Positions 45,360 to 59,721 of a stretch of DNA of 64,000 nt are shown in pieces. This DNA is from Escherichia phage PECP20, in the sequence record OQ873415.1, one strand, 5' to 3'. A program made the position numbers and the translations under genes. Positions within the stretch are counted from its first letter, which is position 1; every line of letters begins with the position of its first letter. Under the pieces are notes generated by a model. The model worked only from the letters and a program-made list of their open reading frames with translations. It did not search any database and was not told the origin of the DNA.

Positions 45360-46906
45360 GTAACAATACATATCAACACGTTTCGAATGAATCGGTATAT
45401 GTTGAATTTGACCCTGCAGGGTCAAATTTTGATAGTTCAATAACCAATGTCCAGGCAGCCTTAGCCTCAATTAGCGCATATGGTGTTAAAGGTGTTCCGG
45501 ACGCAAGCGAAGCAGAAAAAGGTGTAATTCAATTAGCGACAGAACAAGAAGTTCTTGATGGATTTAATAGTACTAAAGCCGTTACACCCGCCACATTAAA
45601 TGCAAGACTTCAGTATCCGAACGCGTCAGAAACACAATACGGTGTAACTAAATATGCAACACAAGAGGAAGCCATTGCCGGCACTTTAGACACTGTTTCT
45701 ATTACTCCACTTAAATTAAACCAAACTATTGATAACACGTTCTCTACTCGTTATTCCACCGAAACAACTAATGGTGTTATTAAAATTGCAACTCAAACCG
45801 CTGCACTTGCCGGGTCTGATGATACCACGGCAATGACACCGCTTAAAACTCAGCAATTAGCAATAAAATTAATTTCTCAAATAGCTCCTAATAACGACCC
45901 GGCTTCAGAATCTATTACCGGTGTTGTGCGTTTAGCTACGGTGGCTCAAACACGTCAAGGAACTCTTCGCGAAGGATATGCAATTTCCCCATACACCTTT
46001 ATGAATTCTGTTGCAACACAAGAATATAAAGGTGTTATACGTCTAGGAACACAAGCGGAAATTAATAGTAATTTAGGAGATGTTGCTGTAACAGGTGAAA
46101 CGCTAAATGGTAGAGGAGCTACCGGTTCTATGCGTGGAGTCGTAAAATTAACGACGCAGGCCGGTGTTGCACCCGAAGGCGATAACTCTGGAGCATTAGC
46201 ATGGAACGCGGATGTAATTAATACACGCGGTGGGCAAACTATTAATGGTTCTTTAAATTTAGCCCATCTCACAGCAAATGGAATTTGGTCACGTGGCGGA
46301 ATGTGGAAAAACGGTGACCAGCCGGTTGCAACAGAGCGATATGCATCTGAACGTGTTCCTGTTGGAACAATTCAAATGTTCGCAGGTGATAGCGCTCCTC
46401 CAGGTTGGGTTTTATGTCATGGCGGGACCGTTTCTGGGAACCAATTTCCGGACTATCGAAATGTGGTTGGAACGAGATTTGGTGGTGATTGGAATAATCC
46501 TGGAATTCCAGACATGCGCGGTCTTTTTGTTAGAGGAGCTGGTACAGGCAGCCATATTTTAAATAATCGCGGTCAAGACGGCTATGGAAAGGATAGATTA
46601 GGTGTAGGATGTGACGGTATGCATGTTGGTGGTGTCCAAGCACAGCAAATGTCATATCATAAACACGCTGGTGGATGGGGCGAATATCAACGTCATGAGG
46701 CACCATTCGGAGCATCCGTATATCAAGGTTATTTGGGTACTAGAAAATACGCTGATTGGGATAACGCATCATATTTCACAAATGACGGCTTCGAATTAGG
46801 TGGTCACCGCGACGCAACAGGCACTCTTAACCGTGAAGGACTTATCGGATATGAGACTCGTCCATGGAATATATCTTTAAATTATATTATTAAAGTCCAT
46901 TACTAA
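45356..46906 (+). CDS. 12: short tail fiber protein gp12
   Basis: 516 aa; repeated tail-fiber type N-terminal segments; synteny. Confidence 0.9.
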   Translation: MSNNTYQHVSNESVYVEFDPAGSNFDSSITNVQAALASISAYGVKGVPDASEAEKGVIQLATEQEVLDGFNSTKAVTPATLNARLQYPNASETQYGVTKYATQEEAIAGTLDTVSITPLKLNQTIDNTFSTRYSTETTNGVIKIATQTAALAGSDDTTAMTPLKTQQLAIKLISQIAPNNDPASESITGVVRLATVAQTRQGTLREGYAISPYTFMNSVATQEYKGVIRLGTQAEINSNLGDVAVTGETLNGRGATGSMRGVVKLTTQAGVAPEGDNSGALAWNADVINTRGGQTINGSLNLAHLTANGIWSRGGMWKNGDQPVATERYASERVPVGTIQMFAGDSAPPGWVLCHGGTVSGNQFPDYRNVVGTRFGGDWNNPGIPDMRGLFVRGAGTGSHILNNRGQDGYGKDRLGVGCDGMHVGGVQAQQMSYHKHAGGWGEYQRHEAPFGASVYQGYLGTRKYADWDNASYFTNDGFELGGHRDATGTLNREGLIGYETRPWNISLNYIIKVHY

Positions 46907-46915
46907 GGGTAAAAA

Positions 46916-48358
46916 ATGATCGAATTAAAAAGTCTACCATACGTTGATGGCCCTCCTGATGAGGGTCAAAAACGTTTAAACTGGATTAAAAATTCAGAAG
47001 AAATAACTGGCGCTGATACGTTATACGGTTCTGAAGGAGTAATGAACCGTCCAATAACAGAAGTTCAACGAAATGTAGAAACAATTAACGATAACGTTAA
47101 GACTATCGCAGAATCTTTAGATACCGCTAATGCTGATATTGTCACAATTAAAAGTATCTTGGATGTTTCTGGTGACGTAGATGCTTTAGCACAAATTGGA
47201 CATAACACTGATGATATTGAAGTATTAAAACACACTGTAAATTCACACGGTGTTGATATTTTAAACACTGAAGAAAAACTAGATGATACTATTGCTAATA
47301 TCGGAGTAGTTAATCCAGAAACAGATTCAGTGTATCGTACGGTGCGTAACGACCTTCTTTGGATTAAAACCGAATTAGGGCAATATACTGGACAAGATAT
47401 TAATGGTGTTCCGACCGAAGGTAATGAAAGCACCGGGATGAAACGACGTATTATTACTAACAGCTCAGTGTTGGTTGACCAAGGCGTTCGTTTAACCGAG
47501 TTAGAAAATAAATTTGCCGATTCTGATGTTGGGGCTCTGACAACCGAAGTTGAAAACCTCCGTCAAGAAATAGGTCCTAGACCATCGTTAACAGTACCGG
47601 TTTACACTCGTTTATCCGGTATTGATTCATCCATTTCTATCCAAACCAGAGATATTGCGGCATTAAAAGATTTTGTTGGATATCCTAATTCAACCGCTAT
47701 TAAAACTCAAGACGAGGCCAATCGTCTTTCTATATCAACAATAAATTCAGACATTAACTCGCCTGGTGGTATTAAACCACGTTTGACAACGTTAGAAACT
47801 ACTATAGGCTCTCCAGATTTACCAACTACTCTTCAGGGTAAGATCAAATTAAATACCGATTCCATTTCAGGTATTAACACAGTTTTAGGTGTTGATTCTT
47901 CTAGTGGTTTACGTTTTAATGTAGCATGGCTTAATCAGGTGGTTGGAGTTGATTCAAACGGTGGACAACCTGAACCGGTTGGTTCACTTTTATATAGGAC
48001 TCGTATTCTTGAAACCGGTGTTACCGACCTAGGCAATAACATTCAAAACGTTCAAACTGAATTGGGAACTAATTCGTCTGGTATTAAAGGACAAGTAACT
48101 AGTTTAAATAAACTTATAAGCGGCACTAACCCAAACGGTCAAACCATAGAAGAACGTGGTATATTGCCAACAGTTAAAAACCACGACACGACAATTACGG
48201 ATTTAACTACGCGTGTTACCACTTTAGAAACAGACCTTGCTGCAGCAGAAGCAGAAATTCAAGCCCTTAAAGAGGCTGGATATATCGAAGATGCTCCTTC
48301 AGACGGTAAATTCTATGTTCGTAAAGATGGTGCTTGGGTTGAACTTCCTACAGCTTAA
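46916..48358 (+). CDS. wac: fibritin (whisker) Wac
   Basis: 480 aa; long coiled-coil segments and C-terminal foldon-like GYIEDAPSDGKFYVRKDGAWVELPTA. Confidence 0.9.
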   Translation: MIELKSLPYVDGPPDEGQKRLNWIKNSEEITGADTLYGSEGVMNRPITEVQRNVETINDNVKTIAESLDTANADIVTIKSILDVSGDVDALAQIGHNTDDIEVLKHTVNSHGVDILNTEEKLDDTIANIGVVNPETDSVYRTVRNDLLWIKTELGQYTGQDINGVPTEGNESTGMKRRIITNSSVLVDQGVRLTELENKFADSDVGALTTEVENLRQEIGPRPSLTVPVYTRLSGIDSSISIQTRDIAALKDFVGYPNSTAIKTQDEANRLSISTINSDINSPGGIKPRLTTLETTIGSPDLPTTLQGKIKLNTDSISGINTVLGVDSSSGLRFNVAWLNQVVGVDSNGGQPEPVGSLLYRTRILETGVTDLGNNIQNVQTELGTNSSGIKGQVTSLNKLISGTNPNGQTIEERGILPTVKNHDTTITDLTTRVTTLETDLAAAEAEIQALKEAGYIEDAPSDGKFYVRKDGAWVELPTA

Positions 48359-48364
48359 TGAAAA

Positions 48365-48378
48365 GGGCCTTCGGGCCC
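48365..48378 (+). terminator. hairpin GGGCC-UUCG-GGCCC after wac
   Basis: 5-bp stem, no clear U-run. Confidence 0.4.
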
Positions 48379-48390
48379 TAAAGGATTTAT

Positions 48391-49317
48391 ATGTCAGGTT
48401 ATAATGCACAAAACCCTAAAGAATTAAAGGATGTAATATTACGTCGTTTAGGCGCTCCTATTGTAAATGTTGAATTAACTGCAGACCAAATTTATGATTG
48501 TATTTCACGGGCGTTAGAACTTTATGGCGAATATCATTTTGATGGATTGAATAAAGGTTTCCACGTATTTTTTGTTGACGACGAAGAAAAATATCGTCAT
48601 GGCGTATTTGATATGCGTGGTTCTAATGTATTTGCTGTAACAAGAATTATAAGAACAAACGTTGGCTCTATTACTTCAATGGACGGTAATGCAACTTATC
48701 CTTGGTTCACTGATTTCCTTTTAGGAATGGCCGGTGTTTCTGGTGGTATGGGTAGTAATTGTGGTAAATTCTACGGTCCGAACGCTTTTGGTGCCGACCT
48801 CGGGTATTATTCTCAATTAGTATCTTATATGGGTATGCTTCAAGATATGATTGCTCCTCTTCCGGATTTTTGGTTTAACTCTGCAAACGAGCAATTAAAA
48901 GTAATGGGTAATTTTAGACAGAAAGATGTCATTATCGTTGAATCGTATGTTCGCTCTTATATCGAGACCCATAAGATGGTAGGAAATACAGTAGGGTACG
49001 GACAGGTCGGTCCTCGTGATTCATGGTCTCTTTCTGAACGTTATGACAACCCAGACCATAATTTGGACGGACGACGAGTCGGTGAAGATCCTGCAACCAA
49101 ACAAGGCGCATATAACAACCGCTGGGTTAAAGATTATGCGACTGCATTAGCTAAAGAGCTTAATGGACAAATTCTTGCTAAACATCAAGGTATGATGTTA
49201 CCTGGTGGTGTCACTGTTGATGGTGTTCGATTAATTGAAGAAGCTCGTTTAGAGAAAGAAGCTTTACGAGAAGAGTTATATTTACTAGACCCTCCTGCAG
49301 GTATTTTGGTAGGTTAA
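48391..49317 (+). CDS. 13: neck protein gp13
   Basis: 308 aa; synteny. Confidence 0.9.
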   Translation: MSGYNAQNPKELKDVILRRLGAPIVNVELTADQIYDCISRALELYGEYHFDGLNKGFHVFFVDDEEKYRHGVFDMRGSNVFAVTRIIRTNVGSITSMDGNATYPWFTDFLLGMAGVSGGMGSNCGKFYGPNAFGADLGYYSQLVSYMGMLQDMIAPLPDFWFNSANEQLKVMGNFRQKDVIIVESYVRSYIETHKMVGNTVGYGQVGPRDSWSLSERYDNPDHNLDGRRVGEDPATKQGAYNNRWVKDYATALAKELNGQILAKHQGMMLPGGVTVDGVRLIEEARLEKEALREELYLLDPPAGILVG

Positions 49318-49318
49318 T

Positions 49319-50083
49319 ATGGCGACTTATGATAAAAATCTTTTCGCCAAACTAGAAAATCGTGGCGGGTATTCTCAGACAAATGAGACCGAAATCCTCA
49401 ATCCATTTGTCAATTTTAATAACTATGAGAATAGTCAGACATTAGCTGATGTTCTAGTGGCAGAAAGCATACAAATGCGCGGTATTGAATGTTTTTATGT
49501 TCCACGTGAATATGTTGCTGTGGATCTTATCTTTGGTGAGGACCTTAAAAATAAATTTACTAAAGCATGGAAATTTGCTGCGTATCTGAACTCTTTTGAA
49601 GGTTATGAAGGAGCGAAATCGTTCTTCAGCAACTTCGGAATGCAAGTTCAAGATGAAGTTACATTATCTATTAACCCGGGTCTTTTCAAACACCAGGTCA
49701 ACAATCAGGAGCCTAAGGAAGGTGATTTAATATACTTCCCAATGGACAACAGTTTGTTTGAGATTAACTGGGTTGAACCATATGACCCGTTCTATCAAGT
49801 AGGTAAAAATGCGATTCGTAAAATTACTGCAGGCAAGTTTATTTACTCTGGCGAAGAAATCAATCCGGTGCTTCAGAAAAATGAAGGTATCAATATACCT
49901 GAATTTAGTGACTTGGAACTTAACCCTGTTAGAAATCTTGACGGTATCCATGACATTAATATCGATGAATATTCTGAAGTTGAGCAAATCAATTCAGAGG
50001 CAAGTGAATACGTTGAACCATATGTAGTAGTTAACAACCGTGGTAGACAAAATTCACCATTTGACGATGGGTTTATGAATTAA
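49319..50083 (+). CDS. 14: neck protein gp14
   Basis: 254 aa; synteny. Confidence 0.9.
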   Translation: MATYDKNLFAKLENRGGYSQTNETEILNPFVNFNNYENSQTLADVLVAESIQMRGIECFYVPREYVAVDLIFGEDLKNKFTKAWKFAAYLNSFEGYEGAKSFFSNFGMQVQDEVTLSINPGLFKHQVNNQEPKEGDLIYFPMDNSLFEINWVEPYDPFYQVGKNAIRKITAGKFIYSGEEINPVLQKNEGINIPEFSDLELNPVRNLDGIHDINIDEYSEVEQINSEASEYVEPYVVVNNRGRQNSPFDDGFMN

Positions 50084-50132
50084 TAAATAGATAAGATAAA
50101 GCAAACACCGGTCGAAAGGCCGGTTAGGAGAA

Positions 50133-50957
50133 ATGATGTTTGGTTATTTTTACAACTCGTCGTTCAGGCGATATATCACAATGATGGGCGATTTGTTTTC
50201 AAATATCCAAGTTAACCGTCAATTGACTACAGGCAATAAATTAATTAGAGTTCCTATTACGTATGCATCTAAAGAGCACTTTATGATGAAACTTAATAAA
50301 TGGACCTCTATAAACTCACAAGAAGATGTGGCTAAAGTCGAAACTATTCTACCACGTATAAATCTCCAAATGGTAGATTTCGTTTATAACCCGACTTTTA
50401 AAACGAATATATTGAATAACTCTCTTTTGAGTAAATCGACTAAGGATATTGTAGACCAATACAACCCATCACCAATTAAAATGATTTTTGAACTGAGCAT
50501 CTTTACTCGTTACGAAGATGATATGTTCCAAATCGTTGAGCAAATTATTCCATATTTTCAGCCGCATTTTAATACGACTATGATTGAGCAATATGGGCAG
50601 GATATTCCATTTGAAAGGGATATTAAAGTCGTATGGATGGCGGCAGCAATGGATGAACAAATAGACGGTGATAATTTATCCCGTCGACGTTTAGAGTGGT
50701 CATTAACATTTGAAGTAAATGGATGGATGTATCCTCCGGTAGGCGCAGCTGAAGGCCTTATTAAAACGACTTATCTTGATTTTCATGCTAATGAACGAGA
50801 CCTTCAAACAGCCGCCAGCGTTTTTGAATCAGTTGATACAGAAATTAAACCGAGAGACGTTGAAGCACAAGATTGGAATGGTGAAGTTGAACAAACTTAT
50901 ACTCATGATATTCCAATCCCGACTCCACCAACCCCTCCTGGTCCTAGAAAACAATAA
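50133..50957 (+). CDS. 15: tail sheath stabiliser / tail terminator gp15
   Basis: 274 aa; synteny. Confidence 0.9.
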   Translation: MMFGYFYNSSFRRYITMMGDLFSNIQVNRQLTTGNKLIRVPITYASKEHFMMKLNKWTSINSQEDVAKVETILPRINLQMVDFVYNPTFKTNILNNSLLSKSTKDIVDQYNPSPIKMIFELSIFTRYEDDMFQIVEQIIPYFQPHFNTTMIEQYGQDIPFERDIKVVWMAAAMDEQIDGDNLSRRRLEWSLTFEVNGWMYPPVGAAEGLIKTTYLDFHANERDLQTAASVFESVDTEIKPRDVEAQDWNGEVEQTYTHDIPIPTPPTPPGPRKQ

Positions 50958-50966
50958 GAGGTAAAT

Positions 50967-53283
<2,317 letters not shown>

Positions 53284-53310
53284 AAATAAAGCAAATTAAG
53301 AGGAATTAAA

Positions 53311-55293
53311 ATGTCACTTCTCTCTCCGGGCGTTGAGCTCAAAGAAACTACCGTACAGAGTACTGTAGTTAATAACTCCACTGGTACTGCTGCTCTGGCT
53401 GGAAAATTCCAATGGGGCCCTGCATTCCAGATTAAACAAATCACCGATGAAGTTGCATTGGTTGATATGTTTGGTACTCCTAATACGGATACAGCAGATT
53501 ATTTCATGTCTGCTATGAACTTCCTTCAATACGGTAATGACCTTCGTGTTGTACGCGCAGTTGATCGTGATACTGCTAAGAACTCATCTCCTGTAGCAGG
53601 CAATATCGAATTCACAATCTCAGCTGCAGGTAGTAACTATGCGGTTGGTGATAAAATTATCGTTAAGTATTTGTCCGAAACTGTTGAAGCAGATGGTTAT
53701 GTCACTTCAGTTGATGTCGATGGTAAAATCCTTAACATTTATATCCCAACCGGTAAAATTATTGCTCGTGCAAAAGAAATTAATGAATATCCGGCATTAG
53801 GTTCTAACTGGACCGCCGAAGTTGCCGGTTCTTCTTCTGGACTCTCTGGCGTTATTACAATTGGTTCTATCGTAACCGATTCAGGTATTCTGTTGACTGA
53901 AGTTGAAACTTCAGAAGAAGCTATTACTTCTCTAACTTTCCAAGAATCTATTAAAAAATATGGTGTCCCAGGCGTAGTTGCTCTTTATCCTGGTGAACTT
54001 GGCGACCGGCTCGAAATTGAAATCGTATCTAAAGCAGACTATGACAAAGGTGCTTCAGCCCAGTTAAAAATTTATCCTGATGGTGGTACTCGCGCATCTA
54101 CTGCTAAAGCAATCTTTGGGTATGGCCCACAAACTGATGACCAATATGCGATTATCGTTCGTCGTAACGATGCTGTAGTCCAGAGTGTAGTTCTTTCTAC
54201 TAAACGCGGTGAACGCGATATTTATGGTAGTAATATCTTTATTGATGATTTCTTTGCTAAAGGCGCAAGCAATTATATTTTCGCTACTGCACAAGGTTGG
54301 CCAAAAGGTTTCTCTGGTGTAATCAAACTGAGTGGTGGCTTATCATCTAATGAAACGGTTGACGCTGGTGATTTAATGGAAGCTTGGGATTTGTTTGCGG
54401 ACCGCGAATCTGTTAATGCGCAGTTGTTTATTGCCGGTTCTTGTGCAGGTGAATCTTTAGAAGTTGCTTCTACAGTTCAGAAACATGTTGTAGCAATTGG
54501 TGATTCTCGTCAAGATTGCTTGGTTCTTTGCTCACCACCACGTGCAACTATAGTCGGTATTCCTGTTAATCGTGCAGTTGATAATCTGGTTGATTGGCGT
54601 ACTGCATCAGGATCTTACACTGATAATAACTTTAATGTAAGTTCTACTTATGCTGCTATTGACGGTAACTATAAATATCAATACGACAAATATAACGATG
54701 TGAATCGTTGGGTTCCGTTAGCTGCTGATATTGCCGGTCTTTGTGCTCGCACAGACAATATTTCTCAGCCTTGGATGTCTCCGGCCGGTTATAACCGTGG
54801 ACAAATTCTTAACGTTATTAAGCTTGCAATTGAAACTCGTCAACCACAACGTGATCGTTTGTATCAGGAAGCTATTAACCCTGTTACTGGTACCGGTGGT
54901 GACGGATATGTTCTGTACGGCGATAAAACTGCCACTTCCGTTCCTTCACCATTTGACCGTATTAACGTTCGTCGTTTGTTCAATATGGTTAAAACGAACA
55001 TTGGTTCAGCATCTAAATATCGCCTGTTTGAATTGAACAACGCATTTACCCGTTCTTCTTTCCGTACAGAGACTTCTCAATATCTACAGGGTATTAAAGC
55101 TCTCGGTGGTGTATATAACTTTAAAGTTGTTTGTGATACTACCAATAACACCCCAGCAGTTATCGACCGTAATGAATTTGTAGCTACTTTCTACTTACAA
55201 CCTGCCCGCTCGATAAATTATATTACGTTGAACTTTGTAGCAACAGCAACTGGTGCCGATTTCGACGAACTGATTGGTGCTGTAGGTGGTTAA
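53311..55293 (+). CDS. 18: tail sheath protein gp18
   Basis: 660 aa; late promoter TATAAATA upstream. Confidence 0.95.
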   Translation: MSLLSPGVELKETTVQSTVVNNSTGTAALAGKFQWGPAFQIKQITDEVALVDMFGTPNTDTADYFMSAMNFLQYGNDLRVVRAVDRDTAKNSSPVAGNIEFTISAAGSNYAVGDKIIVKYLSETVEADGYVTSVDVDGKILNIYIPTGKIIARAKEINEYPALGSNWTAEVAGSSSGLSGVITIGSIVTDSGILLTEVETSEEAITSLTFQESIKKYGVPGVVALYPGELGDRLEIEIVSKADYDKGASAQLKIYPDGGTRASTAKAIFGYGPQTDDQYAIIVRRNDAVVQSVVLSTKRGERDIYGSNIFIDDFFAKGASNYIFATAQGWPKGFSGVIKLSGGLSSNETVDAGDLMEAWDLFADRESVNAQLFIAGSCAGESLEVASTVQKHVVAIGDSRQDCLVLCSPPRATIVGIPVNRAVDNLVDWRTASGSYTDNNFNVSSTYAAIDGNYKYQYDKYNDVNRWVPLAADIAGLCARTDNISQPWMSPAGYNRGQILNVIKLAIETRQPQRDRLYQEAINPVTGTGGDGYVLYGDKTATSVPSPFDRINVRRLFNMVKTNIGSASKYRLFELNNAFTRSSFRTETSQYLQGIKALGGVYNFKVVCDTTNNTPAVIDRNEFVATFYLQPARSINYITLNFVATATGADFDELIGAVGG

Positions 55294-55325
55294 TAAGACG
55301 CCTGATGGGCTATTTCGGTAGCCCA

Positions 55326-55333
55326 TATAAATA
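55326..55333 (+). promoter_or_regulatory. late promoter TATAAATA upstream of gene 19
   Basis: Exact TATAAATA. Confidence 0.65.
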
Positions 55334-55405
55334 TACTATATCGTTTAAAAATTAATTCTATGGGCATCTGGTTAATCCTAAGCCCATATTACTACAGAGG
55401 CTAAT

Positions 55406-55897
55406 ATGTTTGTAGATGATGTAACTCGCGCCTTCGAATCTGGTGATTTCGCTCGCCCTAACCTGTTCGAAGTAGAAATCTCTTATCTTGGGCAAAACTT
55501 TAGCTTCCAGTGTCGTGCTACGGCTCTTCCTGCTGCAATTGTTGAAAAGGTTCCTGTTTCTTATATGAACCGTAAAATTAACGTGGCCGGTGATCGTACA
55601 TTCGATGATTGGACTATTACAGTAATGAACGACGATGCTCATAGTATTCGTCAGAAATTTGTTGATTGGCAAGGTATTGCAGCAGGCCAAGGTAATGAAA
55701 TTACCGGTGGTAAACCTGCTGAATATAAAAAGACTGCTATCGTTCGTCAATTTGCTCGTGATGCTAAAACGGTCACTAAAGAAGTTGAAATTGTTGGCTT
55801 GTGGCCTACTAACGTTGGTGAAGTATCTCTTGACTGGGATTCGAATAACGAGATTGAAACGTTCGAAGTAACTCTTGCTCTTGATTGGTGGGAATAA
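55406..55897 (+). CDS. 19: tail tube protein gp19
   Basis: 163 aa; late promoter upstream. Confidence 0.95.
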   Translation: MFVDDVTRAFESGDFARPNLFEVEISYLGQNFSFQCRATALPAAIVEKVPVSYMNRKINVAGDRTFDDWTITVMNDDAHSIRQKFVDWQGIAAGQGNEITGGKPAEYKKTAIVRQFARDAKTVTKEVEIVGLWPTNVGEVSLDWDSNNEIETFEVTLALDWWE

Positions 55898-55945
55898 TCT
55901 GGTTGGGGAGAAATCCCCAGCTTCCCGTGATGACGGAGAAGTCCA

Positions 55946-55953
55946 TATAAATA
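55946..55953 (+). promoter_or_regulatory. late promoter TATAAATA upstream of gene 20
   Basis: Exact TATAAATA. Confidence 0.65.
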
Positions 55954-55981
55954 TAACTATAATTCCCATTCGGAGAATACA

Positions 55982-57553
55982 ATGAAATTTAATATCTTAA
56001 GTTTGTTTGCTCCATGGGCAAAAATGGACGAACGTGATTACAAAGACCAAGAAAAAGAAAATTTAGAATCGATCACCACACCAAAATTGGACGACGGTGC
56101 GAAAGAATACGAAGTATCTGAAAATGAAGCACAGCAAACATATAATGCTATGTTTCAGAGAATGTTCGGTAGTCAAGAACCAGGGCTCAAATCAACCCGT
56201 GAATTAATCGATACGTATCGAAATTTGATGACGAACTATGAAGTGGATAATGCAGTCTCCGAAATAGTTTCCGATGCTATCGTATATGAAGATGATACAG
56301 AAGTCGTTTCTATAAATTTAGACAACACAAAATTTAGTCCAAATATCAAATCAATGATGTTGGATGAATTTAACGAAGTGTTAAATCATTTATCTTTCCA
56401 ACGTAAAGGTTCAGATCATTTTAGACGTTGGTATGTGGATTCTCGAATTTTCTTCCATAAAATTATTGACCCTAAACGCCCTAAAGAAGGTATTAAAGAG
56501 CTTCGTCGTTTAGACCCACGTCAAGTTCAATATGTCCGTGAAGTTATTACAACCACTGAAGCCGGTGTTAAAATAGTCAAGGGTTATAAAGAATATTTCA
56601 TTTATGACACATCACACGAATCTTATGCTTGTGATGGTCGCATATATGAAGCTGGCACAAAAATAAAAATCCCTAAAGCCGCGATTGTTTATGCCCATTC
56701 TGGTTTAGTTGATTGCTGTGGTAAAAATATCATTGGTTATTTGCATCGGGCTATTAAGCCGGCGAACCAATTAAAACTTCTTGAAGATGCTGTTGTAATT
56801 TATCGTATTACTCGTGCTCCCGATCGTCGTGTATGGTACGTTGATACAGGTAATATGCCTTCAAGAAAAGCAGCAGAACATATGCAACATGTTATGAATA
56901 CGATGAAAAACCGTATTGCATATGATGCTACTACAGGCAAGATTAAAAACCAGCAGCATATTATGTCGATGACCGAAGATTATTGGTTACAACGACGTGA
57001 TGGTAAAGCAGTAACAGAAGTTGATACATTACCGGGTGCAGATAATACCGGAAATATGGAAGATGTACGTTGGTTCCGTAATGCGCTTTATATGGCTTTA
57101 CGTATTCCTATTACCCGTATTCCAAGCGACCAAGGTGGTATACAGTTTGATGCTGGTACTTCTATTACACGAGATGAATTGACATTTGGTAAATTTATTC
57201 GTGAGCTGCAACATAAATTTGAAGAGATATTCCTAGACCCGCTTAAAACTAATTTAATTCTTAAAGGAATTATTACAGAAGATGAGTGGAATGATGAAAT
57301 AAATAATATTAAGATAAAATTTCATCGGGATAGTTATTTCTCGGAATTAAAGGATGCTGAGATTCTGGAGCGTCGCATTAATATGCTTCAGATGGCCGAA
57401 CCATTTATTGGTAAATATATTTCTCACAGAACAGCTATGAAAGATATTCTTCAGATGTCTGACGAGGAAATTGAACAAGAGGCTAAGCAAATTGAAGAAG
57501 AGTCGAAAGAGGCTCGTTTCCAAGACCCCGACCAAGAACAAGAGGATTTTTAA
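55982..57553 (+). CDS. 20: portal vertex protein gp20
   Basis: 523 aa; late promoter upstream. Confidence 0.95.
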   Translation: MKFNILSLFAPWAKMDERDYKDQEKENLESITTPKLDDGAKEYEVSENEAQQTYNAMFQRMFGSQEPGLKSTRELIDTYRNLMTNYEVDNAVSEIVSDAIVYEDDTEVVSINLDNTKFSPNIKSMMLDEFNEVLNHLSFQRKGSDHFRRWYVDSRIFFHKIIDPKRPKEGIKELRRLDPRQVQYVREVITTTEAGVKIVKGYKEYFIYDTSHESYACDGRIYEAGTKIKIPKAAIVYAHSGLVDCCGKNIIGYLHRAIKPANQLKLLEDAVVIYRITRAPDRRVWYVDTGNMPSRKAAEHMQHVMNTMKNRIAYDATTGKIKNQQHIMSMTEDYWLQRRDGKAVTEVDTLPGADNTGNMEDVRWFRNALYMALRIPITRIPSDQGGIQFDAGTSITRDELTFGKFIRELQHKFEEIFLDPLKTNLILKGIITEDEWNDEINNIKIKFHRDSYFSELKDAEILERRINMLQMAEPFIGKYISHRTAMKDILQMSDEEIEQEAKQIEEESKEARFQDPDQEQEDF

Positions 57554-57792
57554 TGGACGATTTAATTCAAGCTATTAAATCAAACGACCTCGTTGCTACT
57601 CGAAAGTTTTTTGAAAGTGCAATGGCAGAAAAAACGGTTCGTTTGATTGAAGCACGCAAAGCAGAAATCGCTTCTCAATTTTTGATTGAAGGCGAAGAAC
57701 CTGAAGAAGAAGAAAAGAAAGCTAAAGCTTCGGAAGACGACGCTGATGAAGGCGATGACGACGAAGACGAAGATGATGAGGACGATGAATAA
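57553..57792 (+). CDS. 67: prohead core protein gp67
   Basis: 79 aa with acidic E/D-rich C-terminus. Confidence 0.85.
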   Translation: MDDLIQAIKSNDLVATRKFFESAMAEKTVRLIEARKAEIASQFLIEGEEPEEEEKKAKASEDDADEGDDDEDEDDEDDE

Positions 57793-58217
57793 TGTATCTT
57801 ATCCCTGAATCTTATGAATTGGTACTCGAAAATGTCGAAGCACTTATTCCTGAAGCACAGGGCCGAATCGATGCATTGTCTTCTGCTCTCGATATTGACG
57901 ATATAAATACTATTATCGAGAACATGCTTGAAACTGAAACGGATTTAGCTGTTGCAATGGCTTCCATTATTAATGAAGAGCAGTTAAATGAGTTTATCGT
58001 TAAACATGTTTCTTCTCGTGGTGAAGTCACCCGCACTAAAGACCGTAAAACTCGTGAACGTAACGCGTTCCAAACAACCGGTCTTTCTAAAGCAAAACGT
58101 AGACAAATCGCTCGTAAGGTCGTTAAAGCTAAAAAAGCTAACCCTTCAGGCCAAGTTAAAGGCATGCGTAAGCGTAAAAAAGCTCTTAAACGTCGTAAAG
58201 CATTAGGATTAAGCTAA
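57792..58217 (+). CDS. 68: prohead core protein gp68
   Basis: 141 aa; basic C-terminus. Confidence 0.85.
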   Translation: MYLIPESYELVLENVEALIPEAQGRIDALSSALDIDDINTIIENMLETETDLAVAMASIINEEQLNEFIVKHVSSRGEVTRTKDRKTRERNAFQTTGLSKAKRRQIARKVVKAKKANPSGQVKGMRKRKKALKRRKALGLS

Positions 58218-58858
58218 TGAATAAACCCGAGTTACTTATTGAAACTTGGGGTCAACCCGGTGAGATTATTGATGGCGTTCCAATGTTGGAATCTCATGAT
58301 GGAAAAGATTCCGGCTTAAAACCAGGGCTTTATATAGAAGGTATTTTTCTTCAGGCAGAGGTTGTTAACCGAAATAAACGTTTATATCCTAAACGTGTTT
58401 TGGAAAAAGCCGTAAGCGACTATATTAAAGAACAAGTCGCAACCAAACAAGCCCTTGGAGAATTAAATCATCCACCTCGTGCAAATGTTGACCCTATGCA
58501 AGCCGCTATCATTATTGAAGATATGTGGTGGAAAGGAAACGATGTATATGGACGTGCTAGAATTATTGAAGGTGACCATGGTCCCGGCGATAAATTAGCT
58601 GCTAATATACGAGCTGGTTGGATTCCAGGTGTTTCCTCTCGTGGTCTTGGTTCTTTAACCGACACCAATAAAGGGTACCATATCGTGAACGAAGGATTTA
58701 AATTAACCGTCGGTGTAGATGCCGTATGGGGTCCTTCTGCTCCAGATGCTTGGGTTACTCCTAAACAAATATCAGAATCAGAAAATTCGGTGGAAATCAC
58801 CAAAAACAGTGCTGATGAAGCATTTAAAGCTCTCGCAGAGAGTTTAAAAGCATTATAA
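58217..58858 (+). CDS. 21: prohead core protease gp21
   Basis: 213 aa; synteny. Confidence 0.9.
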   Translation: MNKPELLIETWGQPGEIIDGVPMLESHDGKDSGLKPGLYIEGIFLQAEVVNRNKRLYPKRVLEKAVSDYIKEQVATKQALGELNHPPRANVDPMQAAIIIEDMWWKGNDVYGRARIIEGDHGPGDKLAANIRAGWIPGVSSRGLGSLTDTNKGYHIVNEGFKLTVGVDAVWGPSAPDAWVTPKQISESENSVEITKNSADEAFKALAESLKAL

Positions 58859-58861
58859 ATA
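58854..58861 (+). promoter_or_regulatory. late promoter TATAAATA upstream of gene 22
   Basis: Exact TATAAATA. Confidence 0.65.
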
Positions 58862-58891
58862 ATAATGTAATCTAAACCACAGGACACTAAA

Positions 58892-59704
58892 ATGATCAAA
58901 GAACAACTTTTGAAAGAAGCTCAGAATATCGAGACTTCAGTTGCTCTTAATAGTGTTTTCGAATCAGTAGAACTGTCTCCGGACGTTAAAGCTAATTTCA
59001 GCACTGTATTCGAAGCCACCGTTAAGCAGGAAGCAGTCAAACTAGCTGAATCTCATATCAAAGCTATCGCCGAAAAAGCCGAAGAAGAAGTTGAAAAGGC
59101 TAAAGAAGATGCTGAAGAGAAAGCTGATAAAAAATTGGCTGAACAAGCTTCTAAATTCCTGGACCATCTTGCAAAAGAATGGCTCGCAGAAAACCAAATC
59201 GCAGTTGATAAAGGCATTAAAGCTGATTTGTTCGAATCCATGCTTGGTGGTCTGAAAGAACTGTTTGTTGAACATAACGTTGTTGTTCCAGAAGAATCTG
59301 TAGATGTTGTAGCAGAAATGGAAGAAGAGCTGGCCGAACATAAAGAAGAAACCGCTCGTTTGTTCGAAGAAGTTACCAAACGTGATGCATATATCAATTA
59401 CGTTCAGCGTGAAACCGCTATTAATGAAAGCGTAAAAGACCTGACTGAATCTCAGAAAGAAAAAGTTATTGGCCTGGTTGAAGGTATGGATTATTCTGAC
59501 GCATTTGGTACTAAGTTAACTGCTATTGTAGAAATGGTTAAAGGTTCTACTAAAGAAGAAGCCGCTATTACCGAAAGTATAAATACAGTTGACAATGACG
59601 CTGCCGGTCTTAATTTTGTTGCCGAAGCAGTTGACACTACCACAACTCAGGTAGAACAGAATTCTAATGTAAGTTTATATGCGAAAGTCGCATCTCGTTT
59701 CTAA
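58892..59704 (+). CDS. 22: prohead core scaffold protein gp22
   Basis: 270 aa acidic helical protein; late promoter upstream. Confidence 0.9.
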   Translation: MIKEQLLKEAQNIETSVALNSVFESVELSPDVKANFSTVFEATVKQEAVKLAESHIKAIAEKAEEEVEKAKEDAEEKADKKLAEQASKFLDHLAKEWLAENQIAVDKGIKADLFESMLGGLKELFVEHNVVVPEESVDVVAEMEEELAEHKEETARLFEEVTKRDAYINYVQRETAINESVKDLTESQKEKVIGLVEGMDYSDAFGTKLTAIVEMVKGSTKEEAAITESINTVDNDAAGLNFVAEAVDTTTTQVEQNSNVSLYAKVASRF

Positions 59705-59721
59705 TTTAAAGGTTAACACAA